64,000 bases of DNA, from assembly GCA_013265495.1 (NCBI GenBank), contig MU058384.1, forward strand, positions 3,013,010 to 3,077,009, written 5' to 3'. This DNA comes from Vicugna vicugna. Lineage: Eukaryota. Made by a program: the position numbers and the translations under genes. How positions within the stretch are numbered: the first letter of the stretch is position 1; every line of letters starts with the position of its first letter. Positions 51,171-64,000 of this stretch are shown piece after piece. Under the pieces are notes generated by a model. The model ran no database searches, was not told the origin of the DNA, and saw nothing but the letters and a program-made list of their open reading frames with translations.

Positions 51171-53229
51171 AAGGAAAGAGGAAGAGATTCTTGCCTGAAG
51201 ATTACATCATTCCTGATGGCTGGTCATCTAGCTCTTTCTTGAACGCTTCTTGGGAGAGATCACTGCCTAATGATAGTGCCTAAACATTTGAATAAAAGCT
51301 TATAAATAATTACTCTCACTTTTTAAGTTATGACAGATCTTAGGTAATTGCTGTTACGCTTTTCAGAATATGGACTGGATCCTTTGGATTGGATCTAAGA
51401 TGAATTCCTCCCTTCATTCCTTGATCCAACTGCCTAATTCAGCCCACCGTCATCTCTTTCCCAGAATACAGCAGTCTTTCCATAATGTAGTCACCCAGAC
51501 TTTCGTATCATATTTCTTTCAATGTATTTCAAATTCAATATAGGTCTTACTATTCCTTCTTAAACACATTTTATCGAGTCAGTACCATCTGATAGACCTT
51601 CAGTGACTCCATTTCTTCAGTAAATCCATGGTATAATAAGGTGAGATCGGAGGAATGGGAGGTGATGGACTGTCCTGTGATCAAAGGCCTAACCATAAAA
51701 TGTAAACTTTGGACTTTGATTGGATACTGATTTGTAAAAACCAACTCCAAACATTTTTATGCCTCACAACAGAAATATTTTGGTTGATATTTCAGGATTT
51801 TCCCCTCAAGAAGCCATCTTTTCTCCAAAAATAATCTGAAACAAACATTCTCCATCTTTATAAGCAAAGATACAGACTAGACATACTGATTTAACATATC
51901 CAACTGATTGATCCCTTGAGAGTATGTGGAAAATACTACCACCTTGCTCTAGAATGCTCTATCCTGATTTAAGACACAGCCTTTTAGTAGAGAGGTAGTG
52001 CAATCAGTTCTTGCTTATCTGCTAACAGATGGAGGCAGGTGTGAATATAATTAGTTAATGGATACATTACCTAGTGTGCACTACATAACAACGTCTAAAA
52101 ACCTGGCTACACAAGAAGTCTAAGAAAACGGGGAAATAAGCAGCAGTCTTTGAGAAATGTTTGGGAGAAGATCTGGTGGTGAGCTGAGAATCTTAAATTC
52201 TTTTTCTTTTGAGAATGATTTCTAAATTGCGTCTTTTAAATTATTTATCCTGAACTAACAACTTTACTACTACCCATGCCCCCTCACCAACCCAAGAAAT
52301 TCTCAGTTGGGATTCTCTCTCTACAGGTGGCCGAAAGTGTGACCTGTACGTTTTGGAGCTATGGGATTGTCTCTCCGTGGACCAAAGTAGCAGAAAAGAG
52401 TATAAAACAGGTAACCAGAAAAGCAAAGAAAGATACGGAAGACGAAGTCCTGGGGCTTTCCAAAACCTTATCATGGCTGCTTCCAAAAGCCTGACTGCCT
52501 TTCTCTTCTTGGAGTTCTTAAAAATACACCTCTGTTCTTCTAATAAATCCACACTTGTTGACAACAGAAAAAGAAAGTAAAAGAGAAACCAAAATGAAAC
52601 CTGATTATTATCTGAACATTCTTCAAGCTCTTACCTTTATGAAAATGTCCTTGATCACATCATGCCAAGCAATGGTATCTTCTCAATTCCCATAAATATT
52701 TATTATCTGCTCCATTCACTTAGCTCTTATCATAGACTGATTTCGTTGTAAGTTTTATGTATATATCCCCAAGTAGAAAATTACACATTATTTGAGAGTG
52801 GGAATTAATCTGTTTACTACTTTGTATTCCTCACTCCACCAACCAAAGCATATGGTAGACAGATCCTAAATAAATATTGCTGATTTGATGAAACTTATTC
52901 ATGCTCAGCAGTTAAAACTCACTTAGTTTTCGAGTCTTGAGGTTTCCTTATTTTAGGATAAAACAATAGTGTTAATTATGTAGAAAGTGCAAAATGGGGC
53001 ACTCGGTAAAATAACCCTAGGGGGAATCCTAGATTATCTACCAGTGTAGAAACAGTTTTAAAAGATCCCCCAAAAGAACATGCAAACCTGGATTAGACAC
53101 TCCAAGAAATTAGAATGTTTGACCAGCTTAAAAAATGTGATTAGTTACTGTCTCACTAATGCATGCTACATAATTTGCCTATTCAGTTGCCTAATTTTCA
53201 TGTATTGACAATTATCTGTACTAAGGCTT

Positions 53230-53430
53230 TCCCCATTTACATCACTCAGAAAAATAAAGAACTTGCTGTACAAGTACAGGTTTGTGGAAGTCTGACTTGG
53301 CAGGCATTCTTGTGAAGAAGATCTGGGGGTTTTAATTGATCTCAAGCTTAATATGAGTCAAGGGCTTGTTTTAATTTCCTAAAAAGGCTAATGCAGAACT
53401 AGATTAAACTAAGCAAAGAATCACATTAAC
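53230..53430 (+). mobile_element. Second CR1/L3 fragment
   Basis: Translates YRFVEV*LGRHSCEEDLGVLIDLKLNMSQ ~ CR1 EKDLGVLVDxKLNMSQ. Confidence 0.8.
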
Positions 53431-53749
53431 TAGATCGGGTGTTTTAGCTGTCTTGAAGTCTAAGCTTTCACATCGTGTTGGACTTCACTATTCCTAATCA
53501 TCCAGGGTCTCCTTTGACCATTTGTGACCCCTTAAGCAGCCCCTTCCATGTTGCACAGCTAAGTTGTTTGGAAAATCATTAGTATTTTAAGCCTTTAATC
53601 TACTGTTTGCTTCCCAGAACGTCCACCTATGGAATTCTACCCACTGAACCACGTAAACCAGATCTCCCTCTCCTCCTTCAACACAATGGAAGGCAGCTAT
53701 CACTGCCACCCCAAGTCTGGATTTAACTTCTCCCCAACTCTCTCTTTTA

Positions 53750-54575
53750 AGACTTTATTGTTTAGATCAGCTTTAGGTTTACAATAAAACTGAGAGGAAG
53801 CTACAGGGATTTCCCATATACCCTTACTCCCACACATGAATGGCCTCCCCCACTATTCACATCCCTCACCAGGTAGTACATTTGTCCAACTGGTGAGCCT
53901 ACATTGGCACATGATAATCATCCAAGGTCCACAGTTTACCTTATGGGTTTGGACATCAGATAATGGGTATCACAACATACAGAGTCTTTTCAAACTACTC
54001 TAAAAATTCTGTGTTCTGCCTATTCATCTCTTCCACAAACCTCCATCTCCCACGCACTGGCAACCCCTGAGCCTTTTACTGTCTCTATAACTTTGCCTTT
54101 TCCAGAATGTCACATAGTTGAAATCATGCAGTATGTAGGTAGCCTTTTCAGACTGGCTCTTTTTTTCACTTAGTAATATGCACTTAAGGTTCATCCATGT
54201 CATCCACTGATAGCTCATTTCTTTTTAGCACTGGGTAATACTCCATCGTTTATTTAACCATTCACCTTCAGAAGGACATCTGGGTGGTTTCTAGGTTTTG
54301 GCAATTATGAACCAAGCTGCTATACACATCCATTGTGTAGATGATTCTGCGGACATCAGTTTTCAACTCCTCAGGGTAAATAGTAGGGAACACAATGGCT
54401 GGATTATATGTTTAGTTTTGTTTAGTTTTGTGAGAAACCACCAAACTGTTTTCCAAGGTGGCTGTACCATTTTGCATTCCCACCAGCAATGAGTGAGGGT
54501 TCTTTCTGCTCCATATCAGTGTTTGTTGCCTGTTTTCTGGATTTTGGCCATCCTAAAGTGTGTGTAGTGGTGTTC
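53750..54575 (-). mobile_element. Old L1M (L1MC-like) 3' end
   Basis: tttagatcagctttaggtttacaataaaactgagaggaagctacagggatttcccatatacc; ORF2-tail remnant (ORF 54024-54218). Confidence 0.85.
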
Positions 54576-56251
54576 CAGTTCTTTTAACCATTTTCTAAGT
54601 CATACAGTTTCCAGATTCCTCACTGTTCCACTTGCCCTTCCTAGAAGCTCTATTTTATGAAGAAACTGAGGCTCAAAGAGATATATTATTTGCTCAAAAT
54701 CCTACAGTCAGCAACATCAGAACTGACATTTGTATTCATCGTTATTTGCAATGAATTGACTGTCAACGTAGTGACTTCTTTTTTTACTTTAAATAATGTT
54801 GTAAACATCAGGCATTGCAGGGATGCTCTGAGAAGAATGCCAGGCAACTTCTGAGATTTCTGTATCTTTCAAATGAAAACATGGCTGTCTTTTTTGGCCA
54901 AAAGGATCTCACGGGTGTGAAGGAAATCAGTGCTGTTTGTGTTTCTGAGTTAATGACAATGATAGCTTTTGAAGACTCTGTTAAGCTTGTGCTGAGCACA
55001 AGAACAGAATATGCTGAGCTTAGACCAGGAATATGCTAAGTGTTTCCAGAGCTAAACAACCCAAGGCAGGTAATGATCAGACTGGGTTTGTAATGTCTGA
55101 TACTCACATTTAAGATGATGGTACACATTCCCTTTTTCTTGGTAAATTGTTTCTCTGTTCTGAACTTATCTTTCTTAAGTTCAGATGTATAGTCCTGAGA
55201 CCTAGCTTGCTACTGCCCTGCATATCTGTCTGATCTACGCTTGTGTTTATAGTAAATGGTAAGATTTACAAATTGCCGAGTTAACCTCACCAAGAATCCT
55301 GGAAATGAGCGGTCCTGGTCTGACTGTGATTTCTCCCTGAGGTCAGCTCTCGGTCAGTTTCCTACGTCTTTGTGCCACTTAGTCATGATGGGAATTGTAG
55401 TTGACCTGGATTTCCCCATTGACATTTCCACTTGATTAGCTCTGAAATATAAAGTGTATGAGTTCTGTTTTATTCTAGGCTTAAGTAGTAGGAAACTTCT
55501 GCTTTTCTTCCCAAACATACTCCTTCAAATTTATTGAAGTCAGAAGTCCCAGTAGACTCACACAACAGATGTTTCTGGCTTGTGATTCACCCGCAGGGAT
55601 CATGTGGGCACCAGCGTAGGATTTTTCACAGGCCCCCAGGGTGTGACTTAACAAATTGGAGCCATTTTTTACTAATTCAAACTAATTGGGCAAAGAACAG
55701 TCTGAATTAGTAAAATCTTTAATCATTTACTTAAGAAAACCTTTTAATTGTAATAATTTCAAACATATAGAAAGATTACAATAATACATGAAATGCTCAT
55801 ATATCTTTTACCCAGATTTCCAATTTTTTAGCACTTTCACCTCGTTTGTTTTGTCATTCTAAGCCCTTTTAGAGAACAGAGCTAGGAAAAAACACACATG
55901 CACATGTGTGCACGCGTGTGTGGACACACACACACACACACACACAGTGTTTGTCTATATACGTAATAAAAATTCCAATGCACTGCTACCTTCAAAGTCA
56001 GTCCCACTCCACAGGCTTCCCGTTGCTTCCCCCACCCCTATCTTTTTATCTCCCTTCTTTCATAGTGAGAATGCTGAATTCCCATAGCATCAAGGTGCTG
56101 CCTCATCTTCCTAGTCTTAACACCTCACATGAAATAGTTTCAGAATTGCTATACTCAAATCACTAGGTATATCAAACAGACCAAAAAGAAATTGATCTAT
56201 TTGCAGTTCTTTATTTTTTTCCCCTAGCATAAGAGTATATTATCAAACTAC

Positions 56252-56437
56252 TGTTTGTTTTTTTTTTTAATTGAAGTGTAGTCAGTTTACAATGTATCAG
56301 TTTCCGGTGTACAGCATAATGTTTCAGTCATAAATATATATGCATATATTCTTTTTCATTATAGGTTACTACAAGATATTGAATATAGTTCCCTGTGCTA
56401 TAGAGAAGAAACTTGTTGTTCTCTGTTTTTATATACT
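56252..56437 (-). mobile_element. Short L1 3'UTR insertion
   Basis: tttttaattgaagtgtagtcagtttacaatg...ttccctgtgctatag, same 3' end type as 1346-1893. Confidence 0.85.
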
Positions 56438-58095
56438 AATAAAGTATAGTCTTTTAAAGCCACTTGAATCAGTTCTCCCCTTACAAGTGCTTTCAGTGTA
56501 GTCATGAGAGCCATTTCCAAAAGATCTGTTCAGAGAAGTGTCGCTTCCTTTCCTATCGCTTCCACCAGGCTCCCCTCCACCCCTGTGAAGTAATCAATTT
56601 CATTGTTTTCTGGTTTTTCCTCCTGGTGTTTCTTTTCCCCTAAATAAGCAGATACATGTGTTTTCTTACTTCTTGCTTACACAAAAGATAATATCTCATA
56701 GATACTCTTGGAATCAGATTTTTTAAAACTTAGTATCTCCTGGAGTAAATAGAACCCCCTTTTTAACAGGGCTATAGTATGCCATTGTGTGAAGTACTCC
56801 TAAGCATGCAGGTAGTTCCCAGTATTTTGCCAGTGCAAATGATGCTGCAGTTCAGACACTGGTACCTGTGTATTTTCATATTTTAAACACTTATCTTCAG
56901 GATAAATCCCCAGAAGTAGGATTATGGTGGATTCCTTTGATACCGACATACTTCCCTTTGTGGGGGTGTACCACTTGGCATCTCCTTTAGCAGAGTATGA
57001 ATGGGCTGTTTCCTTGCAATATCATCATTAGAGTGCGTTGTCAGGCTTCAGAATGATTTCCAGTCTGGTGGATGAGAAATGGTATCTCTGTGTGGCTTCA
57101 ATTTTAATTTCTCATGAGTGCCATTGTGCATCTTTTCATATGTTTCAGGGCCATGATTATATATTTTCTGGGAATGGTTCATATTTTTTGCCCATTTTCA
57201 AATAGGATTTTCAGTGTTTCTTTCCCTAAGTTTTAAAAATTCTTTATACTATATCAGGGAAATGAAACCTTTATCTGAGAAAAATGCCTAAAGTATTTTC
57301 TCCTATTTTGTTGTTTGTCTTCTAACTTTGCTTATGGTTTTTAGCTTAAAAAAATTTTTTTTTGGTACTCAAATTTATCAAGCACACCTTCTCTTGCATC
57401 TGGATTTTGAGCTGTAGTTAGAAATCTTCTACCTACAATCAAATTTTAGAGATATTCATTCATGTTTTCTTCTAGTATTTGTAATTTTTTTTCACATTTA
57501 GCTCTTCAATCTGTTTGGACCTTATTCTCATGAGTATGAAAAATGGACATAATTTTACCTTTTTCCAAGTGTCTACCCAGTTGCCTTAGTAACTTTGCTA
57601 CAAAGTTTATTTGTGTCCCCAGAGATTTGCGGTACCACCTTTATCGTATTCTAGATCACCATATGTTGATCATAGGCTTGTTTCTGGACTTTCTGATCTC
57701 TTCCACCTGTTCATGTACCGGCGCCACGCATTTTCAAAGGAGAGGCTTTATAGCATCTCTAGTATCTTGTACAGCTAGTCTATCATTACCTCCTCTCCCC
57801 TCAGCCTATGCCTTCTTTCTTTTCAATGTTTTTCTAGTATGTTTGTTTTTCCCTATGAACTTTAGTATTAACTTGCTTAGCTCCTCAGGTGAGGGAGAAC
57901 CTTGTTGTTTATCAGAATTGCATGGATAAATTATCTTAAGGAGTACTGACATCTATATACAATTGAAACATGCTAACCAAAACCCAAAGTGTTTTTCTAT
58001 GTGTTCATCTCCACTTCTGTGTCTTTCAGGAGTGTTAATAATTTTTTTCATTTTGGTTAGAACATTTCTTGTGAAGTTTACTCCTAAACATTTTG

Positions 58096-59414
58096 CTTTT
58101 TGTTTTTTTACTTTTTTCTTTTCAATTTGGATGCTTTCTATTTCTTTATTAATTATTTTATTTTATTTTTTATTGAGTTATAGTCATTTACAATGTTGTG
58201 TCAAATTCCAGTGTAGAGTACAATTTTTCAGTTATACATGAACATACATATATTCATTGTCACATTTTTTTTTCACTGTGAGCTACCACAAGATCTTGTA
58301 TATATTTCCCAGTATAATCTTGTTTATCTAGTCTGCATATGCCTGTCAGTATCTACAAATTTTGAAATCCCAGACTGTCCCTTCCCATCCACCTTGGCAA
58401 CCACAAGTTTGTATTCTATGTCTATGAGTCTATTTCTGTTTTATATTTATGTTCTTTTTTTTTTTTTTTNNNNNNNNNNNNNNNNNNNNNNNNNNNNNNN
58501 NNNNNNNNNNNNNNNNNNNNNNNNNNNNNNNNNNNNNNNNNNNNNNNNNNNNNNNNNNNNNNNNNNNNNNNNNNNNNNNNNNNNNNNNNNNNNNNNNNNN
58601 NNNNNNNNNNNNNNNNNNNNNNNNNNNNNNNNNNNNNNNNNNNNNNNNNNNNNNNNNNNNNNNNNNNGGCTGTTTCCATGTCTTGGCTATTGTAAATAGT
58701 GCTGCTATGAACATTGGGGTGCAGGTGTCTTTTTGAAGTAGGGTTCCTTCTGGATATATGCCAAGGAATGGGATTCCTAGGTCATGTGGTAAGTCTATTC
58801 TTAGTCTTTTGAGGAATCTCCATTCTGTTTTCCACAGTGGCTGCACCAAACTGCATTGCCACCAGCAGTGTAGGAGGGTTCCCTTTGGTCCACAGCCTCT
58901 CCAGCATATGTCATTTGTGAACTTTTGTATGATGGCCATTTGGACTGGTGTGAGGTGATACCTCATTGTAATTTTGATTTGCATTTCTCTGATAATTAGT
59001 GATATTGAGCATTTTTTCATGTGCCTATTGATCATTTGTATTTCTTCCTTGGAGAATTGCTTATTTAGGTCTTCTGCCCATTTTTGGATTGCGTTGTTTG
59101 TTTTTTTCATATTAAGTCATATGAGCTGCTTATTTATTCTGGAGATCAAGCCTTTGTTGGTTTCATCATTTGCAAAAATTTTCTCCCATTCTTTAGGTTG
59201 TCATTTTGTTTTACTTATGGTTTCCTTTGCTGTGCAGAAGCTTGTAAGTTTAATTAGGTCCCATTTGTTTATTCTTGCTTTTATTTCTATTGCTTGGGGT
59301 GACTGCTCTAGGAGAACATTTTTGAGATGTACATGAGATAATATTTTGCCTATGTATTCTTCTAGGAGGTTTATTTTATCTTGTATTATGTTTAAGTCTT
59401 CGATCCATTTTGAG
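58096..59414 (-). mobile_element. Young 5'-truncated L1
   Basis: ORFs 58430-59110 and 59201-59422 match L1 ORF2; TSD ctaaacattttg at 58084-58095 and 59415-59426; sibling of 11892-13028. Confidence 0.97.
58470..58667. other. Assembly gap (198 N)
   Basis: Run of N following a poly-T tract inside the L1. Confidence 0.99.
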
Positions 59415-60424
59415 CTAAACATTTTGTTTTCTTATTGCCATTGTCAATATTTTCTTCCATTATGCCTTCTAATATTTGTTTATGTATACAAAGGTTATTG
59501 ATTTTTGCAATTGATGAGCTATTTTAAAATATAATTAGCTTTATTCCTTACAAGTATACAATCTTAACATTGTTAATGATTCAGTCACAAAGTTTTTTGC
59601 AATATGTATTTCAGTCAATGTATATAATAACGTAATCTAGCAAAACAAAATACTTCTTAATGGAATATATGGCTTCAATGAAATGACTTATAATTAGTAT
59701 ATTAATTGCATGCCATTTCTAATTAATATAATCATTATATTCATAACAAGACATAGTTTATTTTCTAAGTACTTTAAAATTATCTACATCCACAAATTGC
59801 ACAAGAGACAAAGAGGAGATAGCTTTTAAACAAAATAAGAATGGCTTGCAGCATGGGGCAACTATATGTAGGAATACTTGGATCTACAGAAGGCAGCATG
59901 TCCCCTCCAGCCTCAGGCCTGAACATCCAGGCAGACTGAATGGTACTGTCTATGTTAATTTATCACTGCCCTTGTGGATGCAATGATATGGATGAAAAAA
60001 AGGACCATTTGTGGCTGTCTTTCTGAAACAGGAAGAGTTGGCTTAAACAAGTGTGGGATGGATGGATTTCCAGAATCTCCATCCTCCCACACTAGTCAGA
60101 AAGCCAAAAGCTGACAGAGCCAGATAGGACAATAAAAGGAAACCATAAGAGTTCCTACTCCCTTGTTACCCAGCCCATGCCCAAAGCTACCTATCGCAAG
60201 AAATAACCCTGCTCATTCAATGACATCATATAAGCATAAATGAAACAAAGGAAGGTGTTGAAAAGAGTTCTGTACAATGAGCCCACAGCAAACTGAAAGA
60301 CTGAAAACAGCATGTTTCCTGTGCTGTGTTCCCTCCCCTGGTATGACAGTGATGGAGTCACTTTACGATCTGGGTCCAAAAACACTCTAGCTTCATCTCT
60401 TCCCTCCCAACAGTAGACCAAGGC

Positions 60425-60760
60425 GTTATTAGATTCCTTAGGTTATACGTAACAAACAAGCTAGGTTACACAAATGGCATTTATTAAAAGGATATTAATG
60501 AATTCCATGGGATCCAAGGAAGAGGTAAACTCCGCAGTCTCTGGAAGATCCAGGAACTTCCACAAAGGGAAGTTCCATCCCTCTGCTATGAACATGGCTC
60601 AACTCCCAGCAAGCTTTAGTTCTAATTCCAAAATCTTGAGGAGAATCCAAATGGTTCAGCCAGCACTTCCCTTAGACGCAGGCAAGGCAGACCTCTGCCC
60701 TGGGCTCTCAGAGGACCCTGTATATCATGAAACCATGGGAAATAAGAGCAACTTATCGCA
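60425..60760 (-). mobile_element. Old MLT1 (K/L/N-like) LTR
   Basis: agattccttaggttatacgtaac...catttattaaaaggatatt...ttccaaaatcttgaggagaatcc. Confidence 0.45.
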
Positions 60761-62037
60761 GAACCCATGGGTGTCTTTATAGCCAGGATCCTGCTTGCTG
60801 TTCTCAATGTGACACAAGCTGTCATCCTGAATCCTCGGGGACATACTTCTCTACCTGTCTCTACGTGTCTTGCCATAGGACCTTGAGTACAAGACACTCA
60901 CATCTGCTGTGGGGATTGTTGTTGTGTGGCTTGTTGTTGTGTGGTTGTGTTGATGTTTGAGGCAGACATTGCTTTCGAGTGCAGGAAAGATTTGAGGAGC
61001 TCTTGCACATGGGAAAGAAAAGAGACTAGTCAAATCCTTCTTCTCAGATGCCATAAATACAGTAGATTTCTCTACAATGAAATATTGTTTTCCAGTAGTG
61101 TGGAATGTCTATTCTCTAATTTCTCTGCATATTACCATTTTTGGTCCCAGAGGCACTCCTGATTTTAGTGTAGTATTCATAATAGTCACACATGGCAACT
61201 GAAAAACATTTTACAAGGTTTAAGCAGCTCAGATTTACTTTTCAATTTGTATATAAGTAGATCTGTAACATCAGGTAAGCACAGTATTGACTGTTTTCAT
61301 TGGCAATAGTTGGACACTGAATGACAGAATTGCAAATAGTTTTATTTTTATAAAACAATAAGATTTCATTGAAGTTACCAAAAATTAAATTCACCTTGAT
61401 GTAATTAATTTTGATGGAAACTTTGACAAGAAATTAATTAGTTTGTGTTTTGCTTTTTAATTTTGTTAGATGATTTAAAATACTTTAGAAGGAAAAGAGC
61501 TTTAAGGGGAATGCTTACATTTTAAGTTTTATAAGAATATTTCTAAAGTGTTCTACACTTAATTTTTAACATGTGTTTTGCTGAAGTTCTAGATGAAAAT
61601 ATGCTAAAATTACATTTAATTTTTTTATTCTTTAGGTCCCTAGGAATGACTACAAGTCAAAATCATAAAAGATTTCAAAAATATAAAAGTAAATGCAAAA
61701 TAGAAACTGGAAAATCTTCAGAGAGTCTATTTTCTTAAAATTTTAAAACTCATAATTAAATTCAGCACATATATGTTATGCATAATCCACATAAAACTTA
61801 TAAATGAGATATCACAAATTCTATATTGAGGTTTTAATTACTGATCAAAATAAGAAGATGATCAACAACAAAAAAATGGTTCCAGTCAAGTCCAGAATTT
61901 GAACTTGAATACATCAGAAGAAATTCCTACAACTGAAGAATATCAAGAATTTGTATTAAAGAATATGAATATTCTTCATTAAATGAAGATTTACAAAGAT
62001 GATTATTCATAGCAATATCACAGTCCAGAAATATCAA

Positions 62038-62180
62038 GAAGGGGAGGATATAGCTCAAGTGATAGAGTGTAGGCTTAGCATGCACAAGGTCCTAGGTTCA
62101 ATCCCTAGTACCTCCTCCAAATATAAAAAATAAACCCAATTACCTCCCCCTCATAAAAAAAAAGAGAGAGAGAGAGAGAG
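62038..62180 (+). mobile_element. tRNA-derived SINE (Vic-1 type) with (GA)n tail
   Basis: ggggaggatatagctcaagtgatagag...ggttcaatccc; TSD agaaatatcaa at 62027-62037 and 62181-62191. Confidence 0.92.
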
Positions 62181-64000
62181 AGAAATATCAAATGCAACTC
62201 TGCGTTTCCCTTTAAAAGATGAAAAAAATAGCATTCATCAATCTGCCAATTGGATGAGAAAGAAGAAATCTCTGGAGCTTTGCTGTTTATTAGATAATGA
62301 TCTTGGAAAATGGCCCATGTGGCTTTCTGACAGTGTGGGAATGTTCCTTGCAAAACATATTCTGATGCAAATAAATTATTTAGATTTTCCACAGTCTGAA
62401 TATCATGGAAAATTCAATATTTTATTTTATACCAAAATTTGTTCAACTGGAAAAAGAAACTGTAGAAACCTGCTTTTATAGTCTGATTTCAGAGACAAGG
62501 TATTATGTTCTTACAGTCAAGTGCTTCACAACCAGTCTTCAAGATTAGCTTCAAAATGAGGGTATTTGTTGCTGGAAACACTTGGTATCTCATAAGAACA
62601 CAAAATGTCAATTGTGCATACAAACACAAACATACACAAAACAAAATGTGCAATCACTAGAACTTTCTGAAAGTTTAAACAGCAAAGATTTGATAGTATT
62701 TAGCAAAGAAAGTAACACTGACATAGGATGTTAGCATGATGTGTTTAAAAGAATAATATCATGCATTCTCTCCCAAGCTTTTCATAGTACAAACAGTACA
62801 ACCCTTACAGAAAGTAATGGAAAATTTCTAATTTTTTTAGAAATTATTTAGAAATTTGATGCTATGATGGATGAACACGTCAGCTGAACGAAAAATGAAA
62901 AAGAAATGCAAAATAAGATTTTTAAATTTTTATGTATGGTAAAGTGAGAAAAATTAATCATCTCAAGTTAAAACCTAGTAATACTGATTTCAACTGCATT
63001 GTATCTGAAAGTAAAATCATGCTGAAACATAATTTTATTATACAGATTTTTAAACTACTCCCCTAAATCGACAAAATTGAAATTACAAAGTGTGTAATTT
63101 GTTTTGTATATGTTGGAAAATGTGTGGCTTTTGATTTAAGTGAAGATACTTAAAAAAAAAACACACATTTTCTGCTTCTGTCCTATACTGGTTGCTGTTT
63201 CAAAGCTCCTCCTTGCTCTCTGAGGAGGCAGTACTGATTTTGGACCCCAGATACCAAAGTTTTAAAAAATTACACTTCTTCATTTAAAAAAACCCCACAG
63301 TTTTTAGTGTTAGGCACTACTCTGAAAGATTATCTAGGCAGATCTCTGATATTGGCATCAGCGTAGTTGGTTTGAAAAACAAGTGTACAAATCAGAATCT
63401 TGGCCCAAAGTCAAGGAGTATTCTTTGTACTATGTAGGGCACCATTTGAATTTGTTGTTTGAAACAAGATCTCCTTGGTGTCAATAGTGGAGATTGAAGT
63501 AGTGAAGACATTCCATGGAACAATTCTATTATTATAATAGGTGTTTTGGGGCTGCCTACCAAATATAACCTTACCACTTCACTTAGACACATGATGAGAA
63601 TGTTAAATACTGCTACAACAATTCCATTTCATTTAAGCAAAATATATGAAGTACCCTAGAAGAGGAAAGCAAAATAACTAAAGAATCTCAAAGGGAAACC
63701 AATCTCTGACAAAGAATGAATTAATCTTGTGTTTGGTTATTTGGTCTGAAGTATTAGTCGCTACTACTTATGTTAGCAAAAGCTTACAAGGAAATCAGAT
63801 ACTTTTGATCCACTTAAAAAATTAATAGTGTTTATTTTTTTAATTTAGAGTAAAGGTTTTTTAAAATTGAAACTGCATATAAAATAAACAACAAAGTAGC
63901 ATTTCAATAAAGAAAAGGGAAAGGAGAATGTTTATCTATGAAGAAGATTCATGGACCCGTCATCTCTAAACCCTTTTCTTATAGAAATTATTTTCTGAAC

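Larger units (their letters stand above)
55735..59515 (-). mobile_element. Ancient L1M, hosting younger L1 insertions and a (CA)n at 55924-55946
   Basis: T-rich antisense L1 motifs (ggtatctctgtgtggcttcaatttt; tttgcttatggt; ttttcttctagtattt) continuing on both sides of the 58096-59414 insert. Confidence 0.7.
59520..63655 (-). other. Candidate terminal exon/long 3'UTR of a minus-strand gene located right of the window
   Basis: Acceptor ttagttattttgctttcctcttctag| at 63656; stops within 45 nt in all frames; AT-rich downstream sequence; minus-strand AATAAA at 59540-59545. Confidence 0.35.

Noticed and set aside
60914..60955. Duplicated ttgttgttgtgtgg
   Set aside because: Simple low-complexity tandem duplication
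61636..61740. Plus-strand acceptor followed by a short ORF
   Set aside because: A-rich sequence resembling a decayed L1 remnant; no matching partner exons
62041..62115. tRNA-like sequence (also at 15510-15585 and 26990-27055)
   Set aside because: A-rich tails and TSDs show these are SINE heads, not tRNA genes
1..64000. CRISPR array, operons or prokaryotic defence systems
   Set aside because: Sequence is mammalian; no regularly spaced repeat-spacer structure or gene-dense ORFs

Overview
Mammalian genomic DNA, most likely a camelid: it carries three tRNA-derived Vic-1-type SINEs and young lineage-specific L1 fragments. Most of the window is interspersed repeat: 5'-truncated young L1s with target-site duplications (TSDs), old L1M, L2, MIR, MLT1/MLT2 LTRs, MER5/MER20/MER44/MER58/Tigger DNA transposons and a long CR1/L3 fossil. 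None of the listed ORFs looks like a host gene; the recognisable ones are L1 ORF2, L2 or CR1 remnants. Two signals are not explained by repeats. (1) Twelve short AG...GT(GC)-bounded exon-like units (5-233 nt, many microexons) lie on the minus strand between 314 and 13994 and partly join in frame, suggesting an unannotated or decaying microexon-rich gene. (2) A strong minus-strand splice acceptor at 63656 is followed by ~4 kb of AT-rich sequence ending at a poly(A) signal, suggesting the last exon/3'UTR of a gene lying to the right of the window. I could not name either gene. Repeat family names come from recalled consensus sequences, and repeat boundaries without a TSD are approximate. There is one 198-nt assembly gap. 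No CRISPR, rRNA or genuine tRNA genes were found.
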